This document shows positions 8,310-16,842 of a stretch of 52,503 nucleotides of DNA, piece by piece; the first letter of the stretch is position 1; each line of letters begins with the position of its first letter. The stretch is from a virus (taxonomy: Duplodnaviria > Caudoviricetes). Location: positions 1 to 52,503 of the IMG/VR virus record IMGVR_UViG_3300027859_000025. One strand, given 5' to 3'. Below the pieces are notes generated by a model, which worked only from the letters and a program-made list of their open reading frames with translations, was not told the DNA's origin and searched no databases. A program made the position numbers and the translations under genes.

Positions 8310-8872
8310 GTAATAGTCCGGTAAATTTTGGAGGTGCTATAGCAAGAGCGTCGGGTGTTTTAGGTTCTAGAACAAGTGGAGGTAGGCTAAATGCACTGCA
8401 GGGTCTAATTGGTAGTAGTAGAAATGCTAACAATATAGACGAATACATGAGCTCGTTTAGTCAAAAAAACCCAATGCCAAAAAGCAGTATTGAGACTTCA
8501 AGTGTTACTGAACAATTAAACCCTGGCACTATACAAGCACCAAGACCCATTATAAACACGGGCTATAGACAAGACTTTGAGAAACTACAAAATAAATTAA
8601 CAAATACTGTTCCATCTAACTCTTTAGTTCAACCTGAAGCTAAGGTGCCAGCGGTGGCAAGTTTAGAAACAAAACAACCCGCTATAAACACAGGTTATAG
8701 ACAAGATTTTGATAATTTACAAAATGAATTAACAAATGTGCCACCGCAACCTAGTTCCTTAGTTCAACCTTTTACTCAACCAGTACAACAAAGTGCTAAT
8801 CAAATATTCGGTGATTTATTTGCAAGACAAAATGCAGTAGGAGCACCAATGATGTTTAAAATAAATAAATAA
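8306..8872 (+). CDS. Low-complexity protein with an internal duplication (SP-motif family)
   Basis: ORF track; starts MSNSPVNF; two copies of PxINTGYRQDF..LQN.LTN...SLVQP. Confidence 0.7.
   Translation: MSNSPVNFGGAIARASGVLGSRTSGGRLNALQGLIGSSRNANNIDEYMSSFSQKNPMPKSSIETSSVTEQLNPGTIQAPRPIINTGYRQDFEKLQNKLTNTVPSNSLVQPEAKVPAVASLETKQPAINTGYRQDFDNLQNELTNVPPQPSSLVQPFTQPVQQSANQIFGDLFARQNAVGAPMMFKINK
8546..8770 (+). repeat. Imperfect intragenic direct repeat (about 90 bp x2)
   Basis: 8546-8635 and 8678-8770 encode the same 30-aa unit. Confidence 0.85.
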
Positions 8873-8883
8873 ATAAATAAATT

Positions 8884-9099
8884 ATGCATAAAACAGATCC
8901 AAATTACGATAAAACAATGGCATCTAAAAACACCCACGGTGTTGTTGGAGAAAATGCTATTTGGGACGGACCATTAGATCAGACTGGAAGACCTCACGGA
9001 GTTGGTTCTAGTTCTGGCATAAAAGGCATGCAAGTGCTTAAAGCTAAAAGCTACTACAAAGGAATGCCAATTACTGAATGCGCTAAAGGATATAAATAA
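8884..9099 (+). CDS. Small hypothetical protein (71 aa)
   Basis: ORF track; TAATG coupling to the next gene. Confidence 0.75.
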   Translation: MHKTDPNYDKTMASKNTHGVVGENAIWDGPLDQTGRPHGVGSSSGIKGMQVLKAKSYYKGMPITECAKGYK

Positions 9100-9305
9100 T
9101 GTATACATCACCATTTTTAAAAAAAGACGATTTTCCTGAAATAAAGGAAAAAAATAAAGGAAAATTTACAGCTTGGGCTAAAAAGAACGGTTTTAAAGAC
9201 GCTTGTTCTGCTGCTGATGCCGTAATGTCAAAAAAAGACAAATACAGCGAAGAAGTTGTTAAAATGGCTAACTATGCCAAAAACTTTGGTTGTTCAAGAA
9301 AATAA
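9099..9305 (+). CDS. Small basic protein (68 aa, SP-motif family)
   Basis: MYTSPFLKK...KNKGKFTAWAKKNG...KMANYAKN. Confidence 0.8.
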   Translation: MYTSPFLKKDDFPEIKEKNKGKFTAWAKKNGFKDACSAADAVMSKKDKYSEEVVKMANYAKNFGCSRK

Positions 9306-9308
9306 GTT

Positions 9309-10067
9309 ATGACACGGTTTAGAGACGGATTTATGAAAGCTTCACCTGTAAAACAAATAGCAGGAGACAGAGCTGAAAGATTAAGAAAAAGAGCTCAACG
9401 CAAATCAGAAAGATCAGGTGAAACAGGCGGTTATAATTATTCAGATCCTAAAGTAGTAAAGTTACTAGATAAAGCTAAAAAAATAGAAAATAAAAACTTT
9501 ATTAAATCAACAGGGGCAAAAAAAGGTTCAAAAAGAAAAGGATCTAGATACGGCGAAGATGCTAGAGTGTCTGCTTCATACGATAGACCCGACACAGATA
9601 CCAGTCCCTTGAATGCTGTAACAGCTACTCAAGATATATCATCTGATATGTATTATCAACCTAGAAAGGAAATGGATTATTCAACAATGGTTGAAGCAGC
9701 CGGAAAACTTGGTGCAAAGAAAAAAGCTTCTAGCACCACATCGTCATCAGACCCAGCACAAGATCATTCAAAAAAAATAATAAATGAAATGAATCAAATA
9801 AGTGCTACAAATGATAAAAACGAAAAGTGGTTCAAGGATAATACTAAAAAAGTGTGGGATAGAGAACACGGCTACGTAAGGGTTGATGCAAATGGAAATA
9901 TTTATAATCCATTTGGTCAAGGAGAAGCGTTTAGCGTAAGAACATACCCTATTATTGGAAATACAAATAAAGATCTTAAGGATTTTGATCCAACAAAAAC
10001 ACTTTCAATAATGGATATTAAAGATTTAAAAGATAATAAAGAAAAACCAACATTTAAAGGAAGTTAA
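9309..10067 (+). CDS. Basic hydrophilic protein (252 aa, SP-motif family)
   Basis: ORF track; KASPVKQ and DTSPLNA. Confidence 0.75.
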   Translation: MTRFRDGFMKASPVKQIAGDRAERLRKRAQRKSERSGETGGYNYSDPKVVKLLDKAKKIENKNFIKSTGAKKGSKRKGSRYGEDARVSASYDRPDTDTSPLNAVTATQDISSDMYYQPRKEMDYSTMVEAAGKLGAKKKASSTTSSSDPAQDHSKKIINEMNQISATNDKNEKWFKDNTKKVWDREHGYVRVDANGNIYNPFGQGEAFSVRTYPIIGNTNKDLKDFDPTKTLSIMDIKDLKDNKEKPTFKGS

Positions 10068-10068
10068 A

Positions 10069-10533
10069 ATGGGATATCAAAAAGGACATTGGGGTGAATA
10101 TAGCGGAAACGCAAAATGGTCAAGAGACCACGCCCACACAAGAGTTACAAGCAAAAATTATGATGATGCGGTAAAAGATGATGCTGCACATATTGACTAT
10201 TTAAAGCGAGACGTGCTTTATGATGATCACCACGGTCATAGTGACGAAAAAATGACTGCAGATGAAAAACATATTTCTAAATTGGCAGGTGATATGAAAT
10301 ATGATAAAAAGCATCACGGTTCACCAATGCATACACATCACCCTGATCCACCAAGAAAAAAAGTAATATCTTTAGCTGAAAAAGAATACGAACAAGAACT
10401 AAGAAGAGAAAAAAGAATGCCAGGTTTTGCTGAAAAACCAGAAGGAGGCATAAAAACTGTAGCAGCGGAAAATAGAAGAAAAGCTATAGACAAAATATCT
10501 AAACCAAAAGCAAAAGTTAAAATTAAAAAATAA
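10069..10533 (+). CDS. His/Asp/Lys-rich protein (154 aa, SP-motif family)
   Basis: ORF track; DDHHGHSD, KKHHGSPMHTHH. Confidence 0.75.
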   Translation: MGYQKGHWGEYSGNAKWSRDHAHTRVTSKNYDDAVKDDAAHIDYLKRDVLYDDHHGHSDEKMTADEKHISKLAGDMKYDKKHHGSPMHTHHPDPPRKKVISLAEKEYEQELRREKRMPGFAEKPEGGIKTVAAENRRKAIDKISKPKAKVKIKK

Positions 10534-10566
10534 AAAACACCACAGTTAAACTTAAAAAATAATATT

Positions 10567-11190
10567 ATGCCAGGTAAAAGAAAAAAAGTAACTTTCGTAA
10601 AATCAGAACCGGCTGGACCTGATGGATTCAGAAAAGTGACAAAAGTAAAAAAAATGAGTGAAAAAAGAGCTAAAAAGAAAGAAGCTAAAGGTCAAGGAAA
10701 AATGTTTAAAAACTATTCAACTGATGTTGTAAGAGCAATTGTTTCAGCAAGCGATAGTAGTCTTAACATGGGATATGGAAAAGGTCCTCACATGGAATCT
10801 GCAAAACAAGAAAAATACAACTTAATGCATGACAACCCAGTGGCTAAACACGCTAGTGGAGGATCATGGATGTCAAAGCATTCAAAGTCTGCTTTACATA
10901 TGGGACATAGTCCTTTAGAAAAACATAAAGAAGGACATACAGAACCAACAACACTGCAAAAAATTAGAAACTTTGTAGAACCAGGTTTATCTAAAAACCA
11001 GAGCGGCAACAGCAGACAACAAATGTTTGATTATGACGGAGATGGTGACACTGTGTTTAACGACAGTAATAGAGATGGTACAATGCTTAGTAGAGGTCTT
11101 AAAAAAGTAGGCAAGGCAATTTATAATGATATATTTGCAGGAGGATCTGAAGAAAAAAGAAAAACTCGCGCAGACAGAGGCGGGGAATAA
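10567..11190 (+). CDS. Basic protein (207 aa, SP-motif family)
   Basis: ORF track; HMGHSPLEKH; DYDGDGD loop. Confidence 0.75.
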   Translation: MPGKRKKVTFVKSEPAGPDGFRKVTKVKKMSEKRAKKKEAKGQGKMFKNYSTDVVRAIVSASDSSLNMGYGKGPHMESAKQEKYNLMHDNPVAKHASGGSWMSKHSKSALHMGHSPLEKHKEGHTEPTTLQKIRNFVEPGLSKNQSGNSRQQMFDYDGDGDTVFNDSNRDGTMLSRGLKKVGKAIYNDIFAGGSEEKRKTRADRGGE

Positions 11191-11243
11191 CTAGAAGTAA
11201 CCTTAGGATAAAACAAACAGTAGGGATCTGTAAAACCCAGCCA

Positions 11244-11273
11244 AACACTAACACTAACACTAACACTAACACT
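11244..11273 (+). repeat. (AACACT)5 tandem repeat in a 5' leader
   Basis: Five perfect hexamers followed by AACAAAAA and the ATG at 11282. Confidence 0.95.
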
Positions 11274-11281
11274 AACAAAAA

Positions 11282-11686
11282 ATGGCAAATTTTTTAAAAG
11301 TAAATGCAGGACCTGTAGCGTCTGATGGCATTGAAACATTAATACCGATCAATAAAATAGCAGCTCTTGAGTCTGTGACTAATGCAGTAAACGTTACGAC
11401 TGCAGTTATAAAGACGGATTCTTCCGCTACTTCATTGTATACAATCAAAGTACCTGGAGTAACAGGTGGAGCAGGAGGCGGAGCTACGTCAGCATCAAGA
11501 GAAAAAGATTTTAGAGACGTGTTTAATGCAGCTTTAACAGCAAATCCAGGAGGCGTAGTATCTACATTAGGTGCTGTACCCGCTTTATTGCAAGTACCAG
11601 CTGCTCAATCAGGAGAGCAAGGAAAAATCCTTATTACTCAACCTGCAACTTGGGCTGAATACACAACTTGTATTTACACTCCGTAA
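11282..11686 (+). CDS. Putative minor virion protein (134 aa)
   Basis: A/G/T/V-rich composition; ALTANPGGV. Confidence 0.6.
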   Translation: MANFLKVNAGPVASDGIETLIPINKIAALESVTNAVNVTTAVIKTDSSATSLYTIKVPGVTGGAGGGATSASREKDFRDVFNAALTANPGGVVSTLGAVPALLQVPAAQSGEQGKILITQPATWAEYTTCIYTP

Positions 11687-11689
11687 ATT

Positions 11690-11845
11690 ATGAAATCAAC
11701 AGGTTTAGGAGACAGCGTAGAGAAGTTTACTAAAGCTACTGGTATCAAAAAAGTAGTAGACACAATGAGCAAGGGACTAAACATCCCTTGCGGTTGTGCT
11801 GCTAGAAAAGGAGCATTAAATAAAATGTTTCCATATAAAAAATAA
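11690..11845 (+). CDS. Small GLGD...CGC protein (51 aa), not in ORF track
   Basis: MKSTGLGDSVEKFTKATGIKKVVDTMSKGLNIPCGCAARKGALNKMFPYKK; fills the gap between genes. Confidence 0.8.
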   Translation: MKSTGLGDSVEKFTKATGIKKVVDTMSKGLNIPCGCAARKGALNKMFPYKK

Positions 11846-11847
11846 CT

Positions 11848-12156
11848 ATGGCTTTTAAACTCAATAATCCTCCGTATAAAATAAATAATACTCCAATATA
11901 TAGTGTAGATATGGAAGACGGGGTTATGGGCAAAGCTAATAATAATGGTACCATTATTATAAATAAAGATGTAGATCCTTCAAAAACTCAAGACGTTATA
12001 GACCATGAAATGGTTCATATAGATCAAATGAAACGTGGTGATCTTGATTATGATAATGAAAACGTTTACTGGAAAGGCAAAAAATACCCTAGAAGTAAAA
12101 TGAAAGAAGGAGCAAAAAACCTACCTTGGGAAGCCGAGGCTTATAGAAATGCCTAA
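11848..12156 (+). CDS. Small zincin-like metallopeptidase
   Basis: VIDHEMVH (HExxH) with downstream LPWEAEAY. Confidence 0.75.
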   Translation: MAFKLNNPPYKINNTPIYSVDMEDGVMGKANNNGTIIINKDVDPSKTQDVIDHEMVHIDQMKRGDLDYDNENVYWKGKKYPRSKMKEGAKNLPWEAEAYRNA

Positions 12157-12604
12157 AAAGAAATTTAAAGATACAACTGTTGGAAAGCTTTTATTCGGAG
12201 CTGCATCAGTTATAAATCCTACACTGGGGAATGTACTCCAAGGTGTGATGTCACCACAAGAAGCAATTGCTGAAATAACTAAAGCAGATGTTTCTAATGA
12301 TGACAAAATAAAATTACAACAATTAATATACGAACAGCAGAATAAAGAAATAGAAGCCATAACAACTCGTTGGCAAGCAGATTCAATGTCTGACTCTTGG
12401 CTTTCAAAAAATGTACGACCACTAGTTTTAGTGTGGTGTATTACTATTTTCTCGCTAGCTGGTATATTAGACAGTGTTGAAACTATACCATTTGAAATAA
12501 ATTCACTATGGAACGACACTTTTGAAAAAGTAATGATGGCTGTGGTCTTAGCTTATTTCGGCGGACGCACAACAGAAAAAGCAACAAATATATTTAAAAA
12601 ATAA
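12149..12604 (+). CDS. Holin (3TM/GTA-holin-like)
   Basis: RWQADSMSDSWLSKNVRPL, then hydrophobic helices and AYFGGR. Confidence 0.75.
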   Translation: MPKKKFKDTTVGKLLFGAASVINPTLGNVLQGVMSPQEAIAEITKADVSNDDKIKLQQLIYEQQNKEIEAITTRWQADSMSDSWLSKNVRPLVLVWCITIFSLAGILDSVETIPFEINSLWNDTFEKVMMAVVLAYFGGRTTEKATNIFKK

Positions 12605-12615
12605 AAAATAAAAAA

Positions 12616-13278
12616 ATGGGAAGTTATATATCAAGTTTAAATAATTTTGCTACTCAAGGAATAGCATTCGTTACGAGCGTAATACAAGACGGGGTGGGTT
12701 TAACTAAAACTACTGATACATCTGCTGGTCTTACTCCAGGTTTAGCAGCAAATGATACTACAGTTTTTCCAAGCGGTGGAAGTTTACTTACTGCAATGCA
12801 AGGTGCTGGTATAGCAACTTATGATACTCCAACAGCAACTTGGCATCAAGATGTATATGCTTTTCATATGTCAACTACAGGTGGCGGGGCTGTAAATAAG
12901 GTTTCTGCAATAGTTTTAGATTCTTCTAAGGCCGCAAAAATTAATCAAGATATAACAGGGCTTACCATTCAATTTGACACTGATGCCTTGGTAGCAGGTA
13001 TAGGTGAACCCGGAGGAGCTGGCACCGCAAGCGGAGCGGTGACGCTGACGCTGCAAGCAGCCCCCCAAGTTGTATATCCTGATTCTACTAAATTCTGGAA
13101 CAATGAATGTGTTTCTGTTTACGCAGGAGGCGCTGCTGGAAACCTAGTAGGAGTATTAGCTAATGATGTTGGACCTATAACAATATCTACTAGTGGCGGA
13201 GCAGGTTTTTTAGAATTTGCTTTTAAATCTATAGATTCAACCTCAACAACATCAGCAAACTTAATACTAATTCAATAG
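12616..13278 (+). CDS. Putative virion protein (220 aa, G/A/T-rich)
   Basis: ORF track; composition only. Confidence 0.55.
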   Translation: MGSYISSLNNFATQGIAFVTSVIQDGVGLTKTTDTSAGLTPGLAANDTTVFPSGGSLLTAMQGAGIATYDTPTATWHQDVYAFHMSTTGGGAVNKVSAIVLDSSKAAKINQDITGLTIQFDTDALVAGIGEPGGAGTASGAVTLTLQAAPQVVYPDSTKFWNNECVSVYAGGAAGNLVGVLANDVGPITISTSGGAGFLEFAFKSIDSTSTTSANLILIQ

Positions 13279-13343
13279 CAAGTAGATTTCAAAAAACAAG
13301 TGTAACTATATAACTATAAAACAATTAAATTAAATTAAATCAA

Positions 13344-13577
13344 ATGGCAAAAATTACAGAAGAACAACTTGAAAAAGTTGTAGAACAAAATAAAGAACTA
13401 GAAGACACTGTTCTTGAAATAGGTATTTTAGAAAGCAAAAAACACGCGCTACTTCACAAAGTGGCTGACGTTAATAAAGTTTTAGAAGAATCTAAAAAAG
13501 AACTTGAAGAACAATACGGTAAAATATCTATAGATCTTAAAACCGGTGAATATACTGAAATAACTGAAGAGGCGTAA
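13344..13577 (+). CDS. Small coiled-coil protein (77 aa)
   Basis: E/K/L heptad pattern ending YGKISIDLKTGEY. Confidence 0.8.
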   Translation: MAKITEEQLEKVVEQNKELEDTVLEIGILESKKHALLHKVADVNKVLEESKKELEEQYGKISIDLKTGEYTEITEEA

Positions 13578-13804
13578 TGGATTCAGTTATAAGAAAAATC
13601 AGTATAGGTTCTGATTACAAAAACGACGCTATGCACTACTCTGTAGGGCAGCAAGTTTATGGAGGTCACGAAATAGCTTATATTTTATTTGATGAAACTG
13701 ATGGATCTTATAATATTCATATAAAGAAAAACAACGAGGTATTGCCGTGGAAGAAGTTTAATTCTAATATGGCTGTATCTGTTGAGTATGATTTAGAATA
13801 TTAA
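13577..13804 (+). CDS. Hypothetical protein (75 aa)
   Basis: ORF track; TAATG coupling on both sides. Confidence 0.8.
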   Translation: MDSVIRKISIGSDYKNDAMHYSVGQQVYGGHEIAYILFDETDGSYNIHIKKNNEVLPWKKFNSNMAVSVEYDLEY

Positions 13805-14409
13805 TGAAAAGCTTATATGATTTTATTGTCAAACCTGTTGGTGATAAATATAAAAACACAATTAAAATAGCGGGTAAAGACGTTGTTATCAATACTAAAA
13901 TTGAAAACTGGAAGTTTGTAAACCGCTTAGCTGAAGTCATTGAAACGCCATTAGCCTTTAAATCAGGCATTAAAAAAGGTGATACAGTAGTTATACACCA
14001 GAACGTATTTAGAACCTTTTATGACATGAAAGGTAAAAAAAAGAAAAGCAGATCTTATTTTGAAAATGATTTGTATTTTTGTAGCCTTGACCAGGTTTAT
14101 TTATATAAAAATAAAAACGGTTGGAACACTGTTGGTGACAGATGTTTTATAACACCTATAAAAAGTAATGATTCTCTAACGCTTGATAAAGAGCGTAAGC
14201 TTGTTGGTATATTAAAATATGGCAATAAGTCCTTAGAAGCACTAGAAATAAACCCAGGAGACCTAGTTGGCTATACGCCTAATGGTGAATGGGAATTTTT
14301 AGTTGAAGGAAAAAGACTTTACTGTATGAAATCTAATGATATTGTAATTAAGTATGAACACCAAGGAAACGAAGAAGAATATAATCCAAGCTGGGCAGCG
14401 AGCAGTTGA
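13804..14409 (+). CDS. Tandem GroES-like protein (two Cpn10-like domains)
   Basis: Domain 1 SLYDFIVKP...AEVIETP...IKKGDTVV; domain 2 VGDRCFITP...GILKYG...INPGDLVGY...GKRLYCMKSNDIV. Confidence 0.65.
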   Translation: MKSLYDFIVKPVGDKYKNTIKIAGKDVVINTKIENWKFVNRLAEVIETPLAFKSGIKKGDTVVIHQNVFRTFYDMKGKKKKSRSYFENDLYFCSLDQVYLYKNKNGWNTVGDRCFITPIKSNDSLTLDKERKLVGILKYGNKSLEALEINPGDLVGYTPNGEWEFLVEGKRLYCMKSNDIVIKYEHQGNEEEYNPSWAASS

Positions 14410-14632
14410 GGAGTTAATCAAAGTAGCTAAAGAAGCTATTGTTGATTCAGATGATGATATATCGGCTGACAGACTCAAGAACGCAGCGGCCACAAAAAAG
14501 CTAGCCATATTCGATGCCTTTGAAATACTTAATCGCATTGAAGAAGAAGAAAACTTATTAAACGAAAAACCTAAAGAAGTTAAAGAAGAGAGAACTTTTA
14601 AAGGTTTTGCTGAAGGTAGATCTAAGAAATAA
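14354..14632 (+). CDS. Putative terminase small subunit
   Basis: 92-aa helical protein coupled (TAATG) to terL; called from position. Confidence 0.55.
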   Translation: MNTKETKKNIIQAGQRAVEELIKVAKEAIVDSDDDISADRLKNAAATKKLAIFDAFEILNRIEEEENLLNEKPKEVKEERTFKGFAEGRSKK

Positions 14633-16842
14633 TGTACAAACAAACGTTATACAAAATATTAAAAGATCATATAAAGCCTAAAGTTTTAAAACGTATGAAC
14701 CGCTACAAAAAATGGGAGTACGGTTATAAAAAAGAGCATGATATTGTAGTGATAAGTAAAGACGGTACAATAGGTGATATATACGAAATACAAAACTTAA
14801 AAATAGCTTTACCTAAAGTTAAAGAAGTACATAAGTTCGAAACGGATAAATGGGAATATACAGAATATCCTAAAGTGTTAAAAAAAATAAAGTCTGTATT
14901 TGATTGGGAAGAATATCCTTTAGACTTTAAAGAAAAATGGTATGATTACATCGATAATGAATTTACTAGAAGAGAAAAAGGCTTTTGGTTTTATAACAAA
15001 GGCATTTCTACTTATATCACTGGCACTCATTATATGTACTTGCAGTGGAGTAAAATTGATGTCGGTCAACCAGACTTTCGCGAAGCAAACAGGTTATTTT
15101 ACATCTTTTGGGAGGCTTGTAAGGCCGATGCCCGTTGTTATGGATTGTGCTACCTTAAGAATAGACGATCTGGATTTTCATTTATGGCATCAGGCGAGGT
15201 GGTTAACCTGGCAACCATATCCTCTGACTCTAGATATGGAATACTATCGAAGAGTGGACCAGATGCGAAGAAGATGTTCACGGATAAGGTTGTACCGATA
15301 TCAGTTAATTACCCCTTCTTTTTCAAGCCGATTCAGGACGGAATGGATCGTCCCAAGACCGAGCTCGCGTATAGAGTACCCGCGACCAAGTACACCCGTA
15401 AGAAGCTCGAGACCAACGAGACACTCAGAGAACTCGATGGACTTGACACCACGATCGACTGGAAGAATACCGGTGACAACTCGTACGACGGTGAAAAACT
15501 CAAACTACTCGTCCACGACGAGAGCGGCAAGTGGGAACGCCCGACGAACATCCTCAACAACTGGAGGGTTACGAAAACTTGTCTACGATTAGGTAGTAGA
15601 ATTATCGGAAAGTGTATGATGGGTTCAACTAGTAACTCATTAGATAAAGGTGGAGACAATTTTAAAAAACTATACAATGACTCAGACGTCACTCAACGAA
15701 ATGCGAATGGACAAACTCGCTCTGGACTATATAGCTTGTTTATACCTATGGAGTGGAATTACGAAGGATACATTGATTCTCATGGATTACCTGTCTTCGA
15801 CACACCGAAAAAAGCAAAGCAAGGACCTCAGGGTGAAATAATAGATTTAGGTGTAATAGAGTATTGGGACAACGAAGTTGAAGGTCTTAAGCAAGATCAA
15901 GATGCTTTAAATGAATTCTATAGACAATTTCCTCGAACTACTAAGCACGCTTTTAGAGATGAGTCAAAAGAATCTTTATTTAATCTAACTAAAATTTATG
16001 AACAGATAGATTTTAATGAAGATCTTAAAAATTCTATAAATATTACAAAAGGTAATTTTATGTGGAAGGATGGTGTGCAAGACAGTCAGGTTTTATTTAT
16101 GCCAAATACTAATGGCAGATTTTTAATAACCTGGGTTCCACCTGTTAATATGCAAAATGCAGTAATAACAAAAGGAGGTATTAAATATCCTTTAAATGAA
16201 AATTTAGGAGCTTTTGGTTGTGACCCTTATGATATATCAGGCACAGTAGATAAAAGAGGATCAAAAGGATCTTTACATGGTCTTACTAAATTTTCAATGA
16301 CAGACACGCCTCCAAACCATTTCTTCTTGGAATACATAGCTAGACCTCAAACAGCTGAAATATTTTTTGAAGACGTGCTCATGGCTTGTGTTTTTTATGG
16401 TATGCCAATACTTGCAGAAAATAATAAACCTAGATTATTGTATCATTTTAAAAGAAGAGGTTATAGAGGTTTTTCAATGAATAGACCTGACAGAAAAAGA
16501 AATAAACTTTCCATTACGGAAAGAGAGTTGGGTGGCATACCTAATTCAAGTGAAGATATTAAGCAAGCTCACGCCGCGGCTATTGAGTCTTATATAGAAG
16601 ATTTTGTTGGTTTAAAAGAAACTGGATACGGTGATATTTATTTTCAAAGAACATTAGAAGATTGGGCAAAGTTTAATATAAACAATAGAACAAAACATGA
16701 TGCTTCTATAAGTTCTGGATTAGCGTTAATGGCATGTAACAAGCATCGATATGCTCCAAGTGCACCTCGTAAGTTACAGTCTGTTGATTTAGGTATAAAA
16801 AAATACGATAACAAAGGAGTTACATCAAAAATAATAAATTAA
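14632..16842 (+). CDS. terL: Terminase large subunit
   Basis: Walker A-like KNRRSGFS, Walker B LLVHDESGK, motif III MGST, nuclease FGCDP and HDASISSG; precedes the portal. Confidence 0.92.
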   Translation: MYKQTLYKILKDHIKPKVLKRMNRYKKWEYGYKKEHDIVVISKDGTIGDIYEIQNLKIALPKVKEVHKFETDKWEYTEYPKVLKKIKSVFDWEEYPLDFKEKWYDYIDNEFTRREKGFWFYNKGISTYITGTHYMYLQWSKIDVGQPDFREANRLFYIFWEACKADARCYGLCYLKNRRSGFSFMASGEVVNLATISSDSRYGILSKSGPDAKKMFTDKVVPISVNYPFFFKPIQDGMDRPKTELAYRVPATKYTRKKLETNETLRELDGLDTTIDWKNTGDNSYDGEKLKLLVHDESGKWERPTNILNNWRVTKTCLRLGSRIIGKCMMGSTSNSLDKGGDNFKKLYNDSDVTQRNANGQTRSGLYSLFIPMEWNYEGYIDSHGLPVFDTPKKAKQGPQGEIIDLGVIEYWDNEVEGLKQDQDALNEFYRQFPRTTKHAFRDESKESLFNLTKIYEQIDFNEDLKNSINITKGNFMWKDGVQDSQVLFMPNTNGRFLITWVPPVNMQNAVITKGGIKYPLNENLGAFGCDPYDISGTVDKRGSKGSLHGLTKFSMTDTPPNHFFLEYIARPQTAEIFFEDVLMACVFYGMPILAENNKPRLLYHFKRRGYRGFSMNRPDRKRNKLSITERELGGIPNSSEDIKQAHAAAIESYIEDFVGLKETGYGDIYFQRTLEDWAKFNINNRTKHDASISSGLALMACNKHRYAPSAPRKLQSVDLGIKKYDNKGVTSKIIN
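14942..15592 (+). CDS. Candidate overprinted gene (+1 frame inside terL), 216 aa, N-terminal hydrophobic helix with Cys
   Basis: Longest alternative-frame ORF in the window; coincides with a local switch to C/G-ending terL codons. Confidence 0.4.
   Translation: MITSIMNLLEEKKAFGFITKAFLLISLALIICTCSGVKLMSVNQTFAKQTGYFTSFGRLVRPMPVVMDCATLRIDDLDFHLWHQARWLTWQPYPLTLDMEYYRRVDQMRRRCSRIRLYRYQLITPSFSSRFRTEWIVPRPSSRIEYPRPSTPVRSSRPTRHSENSMDLTPRSTGRIPVTTRTTVKNSNYSSTTRAASGNARRTSSTTGGLRKLVYD

Noticed and set aside
11121-11339. 72-aa minus-strand ORF with a VSVSVS repeat
   Set aside because: It is just the antisense reading of the (AACACT)5 leader repeat
15154-15180. Terminase Walker A lacking the Lys (KNRRSGFS) as a sign of inactivation
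   Set aside because: The other ATPase and nuclease motifs are intact, and deviant RxxGFS-type Walker A motifs are known in Bacteroidota phage terminases
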